From assembly GCA_041689145.1 (NCBI GenBank), contig JBDNGT010000103.1, forward strand, positions 1 through 43,159: a DNA stretch of 43,159 nucleotides. The letters run 5' to 3'. Every line of letters begins with the position of its first letter. Positions within the stretch are counted from its first letter, which is position 1. Below, piece by piece: positions 9,382 through 18,170 of the stretch. This stretch comes from Geopsychrobacter sp. (GTDB lineage: Bacteria > Desulfobacterota > Desulfuromonadia > Desulfuromonadales > Geopsychrobacteraceae). Both the position numbers and the translations under genes were made by a program. A model generated the notes under the pieces. It worked only from the letters and a program-made list of their open reading frames with translations. It was not told the DNA's origin and did not search any database.

Positions 9382-9415
9382 CAGAATATTATTCTGCAAC
9401 TACACCAAATGTCAA
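9382..9415 (-). promoter_or_regulatory. sigma70 promoter with overlapping Lrp-type palindrome
   Basis: TTGACA on the minus strand (9410-9415). CAGAATATTATTCTG at 9382-9396 fits the Lrp consensus YAGHAWATTWTDCTR and covers the -10 region. Confidence 0.7.
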
Positions 9416-9631
9416 TACGAACAGAGAAAATACCTGATAAATATCAACTGTACGGTTCGAGAGACACACCCGCTGGGCAGGTGTATTCAACAGAGAGTCA
9501 GGGCTTAAACCCGGACCGATAACATAGAGATGGGCTTCGCGAGTTGCGGGAAGACAAGCAGAGATTTGAATTTGAGACAGTTATCAACGAATTGAGGTCT
9601 GCAGCGAATCAGACCTGGATCAACAGTGATC

Positions 9632-10201
9632 TCAGGCAGCAAAACGCGCAAGCGAGACTTCAAAAAAACGCAACAAGGCAAAGAAAGATTCCTTAACGGG
9701 ATGTCTAGAAAAGTCGACTAAAGGCTTTGATATATAGACGAATTTACTCCCTGAGTGTAAACAGGCCAAGCCGCCTGTCATCAACCGATCATCGAGCAAG
9801 GCAACCTGGGCAGAGGTGTAGCCACCGAGAGCAAAAATTTTATTTAAGCCATCGGGATATGGTTTTTTACGCACCCCGCCAATAAAGACAATACCGGGAA
9901 AATGCTGTCTAAAGTAATCGAGACGTTCGATCGAGGGTTTATTACTGAGGATATAGATATGACCCTCGCCGAAGAGCTGCAAAGCCTGAAGAAGTAAATT
10001 TTGGGTCTCCGGCACCGGTTCTGCGGCAGCGTGCGGGGCCAGGACGCCATCAAAGTCAAAAACCAAGGCGCGGATGCCCTCAGCCTGTAACCCAGCAAGA
10101 TCGACGTCAACCGTCGCCAAGTCAGGAGCCTCGGACAGTAGACGTCCAAGTACCCGCCGTTGGCGATGACCTGCAACCAGTCCGTAGAGGACATGATTCA
10201 T
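9632..10201 (-). CDS. HAD-IIIA phosphatase, YqeG/Gep4-like (candidate phosphatidylglycerophosphatase)
   Basis: VFDFDGVL (motif I), LSN, KKP, LDDRLMT. Confidence 0.85.
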   Translation of the reverse strand: MNHVLYGLVAGHRQRRVLGRLLSEAPDLATVDVDLAGLQAEGIRALVFDFDGVLAPHAAAEPVPETQNLLLQALQLFGEGHIYILSNKPSIERLDYFRQHFPGIVFIGGVRKKPYPDGLNKIFALGGYTSAQVALLDDRLMTGGLACLHSGSKFVYISKPLVDFSRHPVKESFFALLRFFEVSLARFAA

Positions 10202-10252
10202 TCGTCCCTCCCCAACAAACGGCCAAACATCCTAATAATGTCAGAGGATGTT

Positions 10253-10825
10253 TTAACCTTCATCTTTCTTCACAAGAACATATAGATAAAAGGCGTAATC
10301 GATCAACGACCAGAGGGTCACCAATAGAATAATCAAAGAGACATAAGGGACAAGCATTGTGACATCGAAGTCAAAGCGAGCGAGAAATCCGATTACGAGC
10401 AGCAGAAAAAAGCCGACTGCCTGGGCCCAGGCCTTAACCTTGCCCGACAGCCGCGAAGCCATTACGACGTTGGCCTTCATCGCAAAAAGACGGATATAAC
10501 TGACCGAAACATCACGCAACGCCATGAAGACCGGTAACCAGAGGGGGACCAGATGCACATGGGCCAGGGCAAAGAACATGATCAGGCGCGCGATCGAATC
10601 GGTGTAGGGGTCGAAGAATTTGCCAAAATCACTGGTCAGGTTATATTTACGCGCCATCATCCCGTCAAAAAGGTCGGTCAGCTCTGCCATGCCGCCCAGA
10701 ATCGCGGCCGCCAGAATCGTCCAGGCGTTCAAACCATAAACGGCAAAAACTACAGCTAGAATAGCGGCGATAAAGATCCGTGATGCAGTCAGGATCTGCA
10801 AATATAGATAATGTCGATTTCGCAT
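10253..10825 (-). CDS. pgsA: CDP-alcohol phosphatidyltransferase (PgsA-like)
   Basis: DLFDGMMARKYNLTSDFGKFFDPYTD matches the DxxDGxxAR..G...D...D signature. Also SGKVKA and multiple TM segments. Confidence 0.85.
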   Translation of the reverse strand: MRNRHYLYLQILTASRIFIAAILAVVFAVYGLNAWTILAAAILGGMAELTDLFDGMMARKYNLTSDFGKFFDPYTDSIARLIMFFALAHVHLVPLWLPVFMALRDVSVSYIRLFAMKANVVMASRLSGKVKAWAQAVGFFLLLVIGFLARFDFDVTMLVPYVSLIILLVTLWSLIDYAFYLYVLVKKDEG

Positions 10826-11012
10826 CGAGACCTCGAATTCATGAGTAAATTGAAGTGTTTTCGAATATTAGCAGAAAAAAATCGATTTCACCAGCGTAGC
10901 CTCTTCCAAAATGAAGCGGGTCTGAAGCGTGGATCATGCAAAGATATGTTGTCGTGATTAGTGAGACATTAAGCCGATGGACGTGCAGCGGCCGGGTAAA
11001 TGGTTATTATGC

Positions 11013-11065
11013 TTGACAGACCTATAACAAGGTTATAGGAATGACATTAAGTACGTAACGTATTT
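11013..11065 (+). promoter_or_regulatory. Promoter and palindromic operator(s) of the ABC-transporter operon
   Basis: TTGACA at 11013-11018, perfect inverted repeat CCTATAAC-aag-GTTATAGG at 11021-11039, imperfect AAGTACGT-a-ACGTATTT at 11049-11065. Confidence 0.6.
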
Positions 11066-11162
11066 ACGAAAATCGTAATCGCAGCCATCCACAATAGCTG
11101 CAAAGCTTGTTGGCCATTGGAGTCAGTCGCTTCTTTGGCCAAAATCAAATTCAATTTCGTTC

Positions 11163-12062
11163 ATGGAGGCTGTCTTGCCCCCTTTTACAAGGGCACTAAA
11201 ATCCGGCAAATGGAAACCTTGGGCGCTGCTGGCGCCGTCGATCTCTGCAGTCTTCTTGCTAGTTGTCGTCCCAGTCTGTTTTATTATCGTCTACAGTTTC
11301 TGGCTGCGTGCTCCGAGCGGTGCCGACATCCCTGCCTTCCAGTTCGGTAATTACGCCAAATTCTTTGCCGACTTTTTTTACCCTGAGATCCTCCTGCGCA
11401 CGCTGCGCATCGCCTTTGAGTCTGTCATCCTCTGCGTTGTCATGGGTTACATCCCCGCCTATTTTTTTTACCGCAGCGAAAGCCGCTTTAAACAGGTTTT
11501 CTTGTTGCTCATTATGCTGCCGTTCTGGGTCAGTTTCATCATCCGCACCATGAGCTGGATCAACATTATGGGCGATTCGGGACTGATCAACCATTTTCTG
11601 TTGAAAATCGGGCTGATTCAGTCCCCCATCCCCATGCTCTACAATGAGTTCAGTGTTCTGATGGGGTTGCTGATGTATCTGCTGCCATTCATGATGCTGA
11701 ATATCTACGTCAGCCTGGAAGGGATCGACAAAAGTCTGCTCGAAGCCGCGCGCAGCATGGGCTGCACCGAATGGCAGGCGTTTCGTGAAGTGACCCTCCC
11801 TTTAAGCCTTCCGGGGGTCAGCGCCGGTTGCCTGCTGGTCTTCGTGCTGACGGCCGGTACCTATCTGCCGCCCATGATTCTCGGCGGCCCGGGCAACAAC
11901 ATGATCGCCAATCTGATTTTTCAGCGGGTGATCGGCACGTTGGACTGGCCGTTCGGTTCGGCCATCAGCGTGATCCTGCTCAGCCTGCTGTTCGTGATCG
12001 TCTGGACCTACAACCGCTACCTGGGGATCAACCAGATCTTCAAGAGTCTGCAGGGTAAGTGA
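11163..12062 (+). CDS. ABC transporter permease (PotB-like)
   Basis: LPFWVSFIIR, EAA loop (LLEAARSMG), DWPFGSA. Confidence 0.93.
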   Translation: MEAVLPPFTRALKSGKWKPWALLAPSISAVFLLVVVPVCFIIVYSFWLRAPSGADIPAFQFGNYAKFFADFFYPEILLRTLRIAFESVILCVVMGYIPAYFFYRSESRFKQVFLLLIMLPFWVSFIIRTMSWINIMGDSGLINHFLLKIGLIQSPIPMLYNEFSVLMGLLMYLLPFMMLNIYVSLEGIDKSLLEAARSMGCTEWQAFREVTLPLSLPGVSAGCLLVFVLTAGTYLPPMILGGPGNNMIANLIFQRVIGTLDWPFGSAISVILLSLLFVIVWTYNRYLGINQIFKSLQGK

Positions 12063-12065
12063 GCT

Positions 12066-12854
12066 ATGAAAAATAATTCAGCGGGATGGACATTGATCAA
12101 AATCTACACGATTCTGGTCTACCTTTTTCTGTTCACCCCCATCGTCGTGGTTATCGTGCTTGCGTTCAACCCCAAGCAGTTCGGGATCTTCCCGATGGAA
12201 GGCCTCAGTCTGCGCTGGTTCGTCAAACTGGCGCATAACGCTTCGATCATCGATGCCTTTAAAAACTCCCTCATCTTGGGCGCACTGACCGCGCTAGTCT
12301 CCACCACCATCGGCATCCTGGCCTCCCTGGCGTTCATCCGTTTCGAATTCCCGGGCAAGAACACGATCAACACCCTGCTGCTGTCGCCGATCATGGTTCC
12401 GGAGGTGGTTTTAGGGGTTGCCCTGTTGCTCTTCCTGCGCTTTCTGCAAATGCCCAAGAGTTTCGCGCTGCTGGTGATCGGGCACGTGGTGTTGACCTTG
12501 CCCTATGTGCTGCTGATCGTCCAGGCGCGGCTGGGGGGGATCCGCAAAGATTACGCGGAGGCGGCCAAATGCCTGGGTGCCAACCCCTTTCAGGTCTTCA
12601 AGGAAGTCACCTTTCCGCTACTGCTGCCGGCCGTCCTCGCCGGGGCCCTCTTCTCCTTCACCATCTCTTTTGATGACATCACGGCGACCCTCTTCTGGTC
12701 CACGGCCCAGAACCAGACCGTCCCGGTGAAGATTTTCAGTATGTTGAGAAACTCTATCAGCCCGGAGATCAATGCGCTGGGGGCCGTGATGATCGTGCTG
12801 ACCATCTCCACCCCTTTGCTGGCCGGGTATCTGTCCCGCAAGTTCTCAAGGTAG
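12066..12854 (+). CDS. ABC transporter permease (PotC-like)
   Basis: SLRWF, PEVVLG, EAA loop (AEAAKCLGA), FTISFDD, SPEINAL. Confidence 0.93.
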   Translation: MKNNSAGWTLIKIYTILVYLFLFTPIVVVIVLAFNPKQFGIFPMEGLSLRWFVKLAHNASIIDAFKNSLILGALTALVSTTIGILASLAFIRFEFPGKNTINTLLLSPIMVPEVVLGVALLLFLRFLQMPKSFALLVIGHVVLTLPYVLLIVQARLGGIRKDYAEAAKCLGANPFQVFKEVTFPLLLPAVLAGALFSFTISFDDITATLFWSTAQNQTVPVKIFSMLRNSISPEINALGAVMIVLTISTPLLAGYLSRKFSR

Positions 12855-12893
12855 GAACCTTCTCTGTCAACCTATCAACCGAAAGGGAAACCA

Positions 12894-14057
12894 ATGTCCA
12901 TCGTAACCAAGGAAAAACTGGATCGAGTTTATGAGGCGTACAAGAATGGCGAGCTCAGTCGGCGGCACTTTTTCAAGTACCTTGGCCTGGCCGGTGCCAC
13001 CATGGGACTGGTGGGTTCCCCCTTTGGAGGGGTCGTAAAAGACGCCTGGGCGGCAAAATCGATCCGCTTCGACGGCTGGGGCGGTGCAACCTCTGAGGCC
13101 TTTCGCAAGTACGCCTTCAAACCCTTTACCGAGGCCACCGGGATCGCGGTCATCGACGGCGAATTCGGCGACATGAATTCCTATCTGACGCGGGTCAAGG
13201 CGTCCTACCCGCCGGGCGGGGAGTTCAATATCGCCCACCTCAGTGCGGTTTTCGATTATGCCCGCTATGCGGAGCTCGGTTTTGCCTCGGTGCTGGATGA
13301 ATCGAAAATCCCGAATCTCAAGAATGTCATGGAGTCCATGATCAAACCGCTACGCGATATCACCAAGGGCACCCTTTCGGCCGTCCCCTACGATCTGGGA
13401 CAGACCGGTATCGCCTACAACACCAAACAGATCAGCAAGGAGAAGGCCGAGAAACTCGGCGCCTCGCTGTTGTGGGACAAGAGCCTGAAAGGCAAAATGG
13501 GCAGCTGGGGCGGCGATTTCCGGACTAACATGTGGTATGCGGCCCTGCACACCGGCCAGAGCCCAAACAATATCACCGATTTAAAAGCCGTTTGGGCGGC
13601 ATTGCGCGAGCAACGCGACCTGATGAAAAAGTACTGGAGCTCCGGTGCCGAGCTGATGAGCCTGCTGGCCAATGAGGAGATCTACGCCACGGTGGCCTGG
13701 TCCGGGCGAGTGGCGGCATTGCAGCAGGAAGGTCACCCGATCGGCTACCTCTCCCCCAAAGGAACCTACTCCTGGATGGAGTATCTCTTTGTTCTTAAGG
13801 GGACCGACCTGGAGGTCGCCCAGAAGTTGCTCAATTTCATGCTGGAGCCCTCCGCGGCCATCGCTGTGTCCGAAGGGCAGAATTATCCGCCCAGCCTCGA
13901 CCCGACCAAGGTTACCTTGACTGACAAGATCAAGAAGATGCCGGCCTTCGATGCCACGGGCAAACTGGACGGCTATCAGTTTGCCGACCCGGCCTACTGG
14001 AACGCCAATCAGTTGGAATGGACCGAAACCTGGGATCGGATCAAGGCAGGCAGCTGA
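12894..14057 (+). CDS. ABC transporter substrate-binding protein (PotD/PotF-like) with Tat-type signal
   Basis: SRRHFFK twin-arginine motif, hydrophobic segment and AWA cleavage site. GWGG, GIAYNT and WSGR motifs of the PotD-like SBP group. Confidence 0.92.
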   Translation: MSIVTKEKLDRVYEAYKNGELSRRHFFKYLGLAGATMGLVGSPFGGVVKDAWAAKSIRFDGWGGATSEAFRKYAFKPFTEATGIAVIDGEFGDMNSYLTRVKASYPPGGEFNIAHLSAVFDYARYAELGFASVLDESKIPNLKNVMESMIKPLRDITKGTLSAVPYDLGQTGIAYNTKQISKEKAEKLGASLLWDKSLKGKMGSWGGDFRTNMWYAALHTGQSPNNITDLKAVWAALREQRDLMKKYWSSGAELMSLLANEEIYATVAWSGRVAALQQEGHPIGYLSPKGTYSWMEYLFVLKGTDLEVAQKLLNFMLEPSAAIAVSEGQNYPPSLDPTKVTLTDKIKKMPAFDATGKLDGYQFADPAYWNANQLEWTETWDRIKAGS

Positions 14058-14089
14058 ATCGTTGACTGAAAACGTATTCAGGCATGTCA

Positions 14090-14142
14090 TGTGCCTGCCG
14101 AGGTTGGTCCCCTGGTTTATTGGGCCGATCTCGGCAGGCACA
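14090..14142 (+). other. Long intercistronic stem-loop after the SBP gene (probable mRNA-stabilising hairpin)
   Basis: tgtgcctgccgaggttggtcc ... gggccgatctcggcaggcaca, about 21-bp stem with G-U pairs, no U-tract. Confidence 0.65.
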
Positions 14143-14168
14143 ACACCAACACAGGGAGGCAGGGTCGA

Positions 14169-15269
14169 TTGGCAACCAGTAAGAAACCACCAATGGTCCA
14201 GTTTAAAGGGATATTCAAGCGGTTCGGCAACATCGTTGCCGTTGATCAATTGGATTTTGAGATCGAAGAAGGAAGCCTGGTCACCTTGCTCGGCCCTTCC
14301 GGATGCGGAAAGACCACCTTGCTGCGCATGGTGGCCGGTCTCGAGCAACCTACCGCGGGAGACATCCTGATCCGGGGCAAACGGATCAACGACACGCCGA
14401 CGCACAAGCGGAATCTGGGCATGATCTTTCAGAACTATGCCCTTTTCCCGCACAAAACCATATATGGCAATGTGGCTTTTGGCCTAAAGTACCGGAATGT
14501 GTCAAAGGATGAGATCCGCGAGAAGGTGACGCGAGCCCTTGAAATGGTGCGCCTGCCCGACGTAGAGAAACGTATGCCGAGTCAGTTATCCGGCGGTCAG
14601 CAACAACGGATCGCCATGGCACGGGCCATCGTGATAGAACCGGATGTCCTGCTGATGGACGAACCGCTTTCGGCTCTGGATGAGAATCTGCGCGAAGAGA
14701 TGCGCCGCGAGGTGAGCAACCTCCAGCAGTTGATCGGCGTTACCACAATTTTTGTCACCCATGATCAGCGGGAAGCGCTGAGCATGTCGGACAAGATCCT
14801 GGTTATGAACCAGGGTCGACAACAGCAGGAGGGCTCTCCCGAGACGGTCTATAACGAACCGACTAATCATTTTGTCGCCGATTTTCTTGGGCACTCCAAC
14901 TTCATCCACGGCGAAGTCGTGAAAGTCGACGACGCTCATATCAGCGTCCGAATCGAAACCGGGGATATCCTGCTGGCCGAGAACAAAGGGGGGTTTGTCA
15001 CAGGTAACGCGGTGGAAATAATCCTCCGCGCCCAGCGCCTCGATGTATTCTCCCAGGACACAACCAAATCGGAAAAAGGGATGAACTGTTTCGAAGGCCG
15101 CATCACCGACCGCAGTTACATGGGCGGAGAGATGAGTTATTTTATCGAACTCAGTCCCGGACGCGAAATCCACGTCATCTGTATGATGAAAAAACAGGTC
15201 CACGAGATCGGCGAGACCGTCAGCATGCAGGTTTCGCCGCACCACTGCCATCTGATCCCCGTGGAATAA
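14169..15269 (+). CDS. ABC transporter ATP-binding protein (PotA-like, C-terminal TOBE); start TTG 14169 or ATG 14193
   Basis: GPSGCGKT, FQNYALFPH, LSGGQQQR, LLMDEP, VTHD. GGGAGG RBS at about 14153. Confidence 0.94.
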   Translation: MATSKKPPMVQFKGIFKRFGNIVAVDQLDFEIEEGSLVTLLGPSGCGKTTLLRMVAGLEQPTAGDILIRGKRINDTPTHKRNLGMIFQNYALFPHKTIYGNVAFGLKYRNVSKDEIREKVTRALEMVRLPDVEKRMPSQLSGGQQQRIAMARAIVIEPDVLLMDEPLSALDENLREEMRREVSNLQQLIGVTTIFVTHDQREALSMSDKILVMNQGRQQQEGSPETVYNEPTNHFVADFLGHSNFIHGEVVKVDDAHISVRIETGDILLAENKGGFVTGNAVEIILRAQRLDVFSQDTTKSEKGMNCFEGRITDRSYMGGEMSYFIELSPGREIHVICMMKKQVHEIGETVSMQVSPHHCHLIPVE

Positions 15270-15301
15270 GTCGACGGGCCGTTGCGGCAGGGAAGCATTC
15301 T

Positions 15302-15344
15302 AAAAAAGACCTGAAAGCAGACCTTGCTCTTTCAGGTCTTTTTT
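15302..15344. terminator. Intrinsic terminator, potentially bidirectional
   Basis: aaaaaagacctgaaag-loop-ctttcaggtctttttt. Confidence 0.8.
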
Positions 15345-15386
15345 GCCACGGCTATGCAGCACCAGAGTAAATCAAGGAGAAGAGTC

Positions 15387-16424
15387 ATGCTCAGACTAGA
15401 CCGGATCGAATCCGGGTTTCTGGCCCGTTATCCTGATCGAATTCACACCATCGATTCACATACTCAAGGAGAACCCACTCGCCTGCTGGTCGGCGGGGTC
15501 GGTCTTTTGCCCGGCAGCAGCATGCAGGAGAAACGGAACCATTTTGAAGAGCGCTACGACCCTCTTCGCCGCCTGCTGACCCATGAACCCCGGGGGCATC
15601 GGGCTATCATGGGGGCGGTGGTGACCGAGCCGGTCAGTACGCAGGGCAGCTTCGGGCTGTTTTACATGGATGCCCGCCGCTACCCGTACCTCTGTGGCCA
15701 CGCCACTATCGGCGCCGTGGTCAGCTTGATCGAAACCGGAGTTCTGACCGCCGCAGAGGGTGACTCCCTGATCAGGGTCGACACCCCGTCGGGAGCGCTG
15801 GATGCCCATACCCGGGTGCGCAACGGCCGGGTGGAATCTGTCGGCATCGACATGGTCCCTTCCTTCGTGTTTGCCAGCGACCTTGAGCTCGACATCCCCG
15901 GTTTCGGTAAGGTTCCGGTCGATCTGGTCTGTGTCGGCGGTTTTTTCGCGATGGTGTCGGCCAAGGCGATCGGCCTCGACCTGAGCGTCGAGAACAGCCC
16001 GCGGCTGATCTCCCTGGGGATGGCGATCATCGAAGCGGCCAACCGGGCATTTCAGGTCTCCCACCCGGAACGGCCGGAGGTGCACAGCGTGGATGTGACC
16101 GAGTTTTATGACGAAGATGAAGAGTCCGGGGCCGGCAAGGGCTGCGTGATCTACGGCGAATCCCACATGGATCGTTCCCCCTGCGGCACCGGCACCACCG
16201 CCAAGCTGACCCTGCTTCACCACCGCGGGAAACTCGCTCCCGGTCAGATCTATACCAATGCCAGCCCACTGGGTACGGTGTTCGAGGGGCAGATCGTCAG
16301 AACCACCACCATCGGCGACTACCCCGGCATCGTCGGCCAGTTCCGCGGCAACGCCCAGATCACCGGTTACCAGCAGTTCGTCGTCGATGGTGCTGACCCC
16401 TTCCCGCATGGATTTTTATTGTGA
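15387..16424 (+). CDS. Proline racemase / hydroxyproline 2-epimerase family protein (Cys/Cys type)
   Basis: IDSHTQGEPTR, EPRGH, YLCGH and DRSPCGTGT catalytic cysteines. AAGGAG RBS before ATG 15387. Confidence 0.92.
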   Translation: MLRLDRIESGFLARYPDRIHTIDSHTQGEPTRLLVGGVGLLPGSSMQEKRNHFEERYDPLRRLLTHEPRGHRAIMGAVVTEPVSTQGSFGLFYMDARRYPYLCGHATIGAVVSLIETGVLTAAEGDSLIRVDTPSGALDAHTRVRNGRVESVGIDMVPSFVFASDLELDIPGFGKVPVDLVCVGGFFAMVSAKAIGLDLSVENSPRLISLGMAIIEAANRAFQVSHPERPEVHSVDVTEFYDEDEESGAGKGCVIYGESHMDRSPCGTGTTAKLTLLHHRGKLAPGQIYTNASPLGTVFEGQIVRTTTIGDYPGIVGQFRGNAQITGYQQFVVDGADPFPHGFLL

Positions 16425-18049
16425 AAAGAACTGAATTTCATCCCGAAATCATCCTCTTTAACGGCAAGGTCGCCACCCAGAACCCGGACCAGCCGTTCGC
16501 AGAGGCGCTAGCCGTCGGCCGGGGATGTATCCTGGCGGTCGGCGACAGCACTGAGCTGCTGCAACTGGCTGGCGATGATACCGAAATGATCGATCTCGCC
16601 GGCCGGCTGGCGGTGCCGGGTTTCATCGATACCCATTTTCACCTCTACGAATGGGCTCTCAAAAGAAAAGGGGTGAAGCTGGACGACATCACTCATCTAG
16701 AGGAGTTGGTTGTCAGGGTCCACACTGCAGCAGAGATGACCCCCCCGGGCCAATGGATCATGGGGCAGGGCTGGAACGAAACCGATTGGGACGAGCAGAG
16801 CATGCCGACCCGGGAGATCCTGGACCGGGCGGCGCCTGACCACCCGGTGTTGCTTTGGCGCTGCGACCTGCACCTGGCGGCGGCCAACTCCCGGGCGCTG
16901 GACCTGGCCGGAATCGACGCCGGCACGCCGGATCCACCCGAAGGCCGGATCGATCGTGATGCCGCGGGAGAGCCGACCGGGATACTGCGGGAACTGGCCA
17001 TCAATCTTGCCCGTCAAGCCGTGGCCCCGCCGGCGTTAGACCAGACCATGGCAGCCTTCGAGGATGCGATCAAGGACCTTCACTTTTTGGGGATCACCGG
17101 AATTCACGACATCCGGCTGATGGCGGACGAAGACGGTGCCGCCGCGTTAAGCACCTTCCAAGAGTTGGACCGGCAGGGGCGTCTCGCGCTCCGTTCGTGG
17201 GTCAGCCTGCCGGGACATCGCCTGGACGACATCATCGGCCTCGGTCTACGCAGCGGCTTCGGCAATGACCATCTGCGGATCGGCCACATCAAGTACTTCA
17301 CCGATGGTGGCATGGGTGCGCGCAGTGCATGGATGATCGACCCGTACCTGGATGCAGAACACGGCATGCCGTTAATGGATATGACGGCCCTGGCGCGGGA
17401 AATCAACAAGGCCGACACGGCGGGGTTAGCGGTGATGGTGCATGCGATCGGCGATCGGGCCAACCGTGAAGTGATCGACATTTTTACCGCGCTCGAAGCT
17501 GCACGTGCCCGCTCCGGTGCCCTCGCTCCCGCCATCCCGCACCGGATCGAACATGTGCAGGTGATCCGGCCGGAGGATGTTGCCCGACTGCGCCACCTGA
17601 ATATCGCCATAGGTATGACGCCGTCCAATCTGCCGCTGGATATCAAGCTCATCGATACGACGATGGCGGAAAAGGGGCGCTGGGCCTACGCCATCCGTCC
17701 CTTGCTCGACACCGGCGTGCCGGTCATGTTCAGTTCTGACTGCCCGGTGTGCGATCCAAACCCGCTGGTCGGCATCCACGCGGCGGTGACGCGGCAGCGG
17801 GCCAACGGCACGCCCGAGAACGGCTGGCATCCCGAGAACCGCATCACGGTGGCAGAGGCTCTGCGAGCCTATACTGCGACCCCGGCCGCAGTGCATAATG
17901 CCACGGATCTGGGTATACTGGCAGCGGACAAGAAAGCGGACATCGCCGTCCTCAGTGAAGACATCCTGACATTGCCGGCCTCCCGAATCCCCCAGGTTCA
18001 TGTTGACATGACCCTGTTTAACGGCCGGATCGTTTTCCGGCAGTTTTAG
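16421..18049 (+). CDS. Amidohydrolase_3 family (YtcJ/NfdA-like) metal-dependent hydrolase
   Basis: PGFIDTHFH, KYFTDGGMG, HAIGD, RIEHVQ, FSSDCPV. GTGA overlap with the racemase stop. Confidence 0.92.
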   Translation: MKRTEFHPEIILFNGKVATQNPDQPFAEALAVGRGCILAVGDSTELLQLAGDDTEMIDLAGRLAVPGFIDTHFHLYEWALKRKGVKLDDITHLEELVVRVHTAAEMTPPGQWIMGQGWNETDWDEQSMPTREILDRAAPDHPVLLWRCDLHLAAANSRALDLAGIDAGTPDPPEGRIDRDAAGEPTGILRELAINLARQAVAPPALDQTMAAFEDAIKDLHFLGITGIHDIRLMADEDGAAALSTFQELDRQGRLALRSWVSLPGHRLDDIIGLGLRSGFGNDHLRIGHIKYFTDGGMGARSAWMIDPYLDAEHGMPLMDMTALAREINKADTAGLAVMVHAIGDRANREVIDIFTALEAARARSGALAPAIPHRIEHVQVIRPEDVARLRHLNIAIGMTPSNLPLDIKLIDTTMAEKGRWAYAIRPLLDTGVPVMFSSDCPVCDPNPLVGIHAAVTRQRANGTPENGWHPENRITVAEALRAYTATPAAVHNATDLGILAADKKADIAVLSEDILTLPASRIPQVHVDMTLFNGRIVFRQF

Positions 18050-18170
18050 CCGGCATAGGGGTTGATCCCGCGCAACGCCAACACCAATTGAATTTGATCG
18101 GCAGACAGCTAAAAACGAACTGAAAGTGACAATGCCGCACTACTCTATCCCCTTATCTGCCGGGCTGAGG

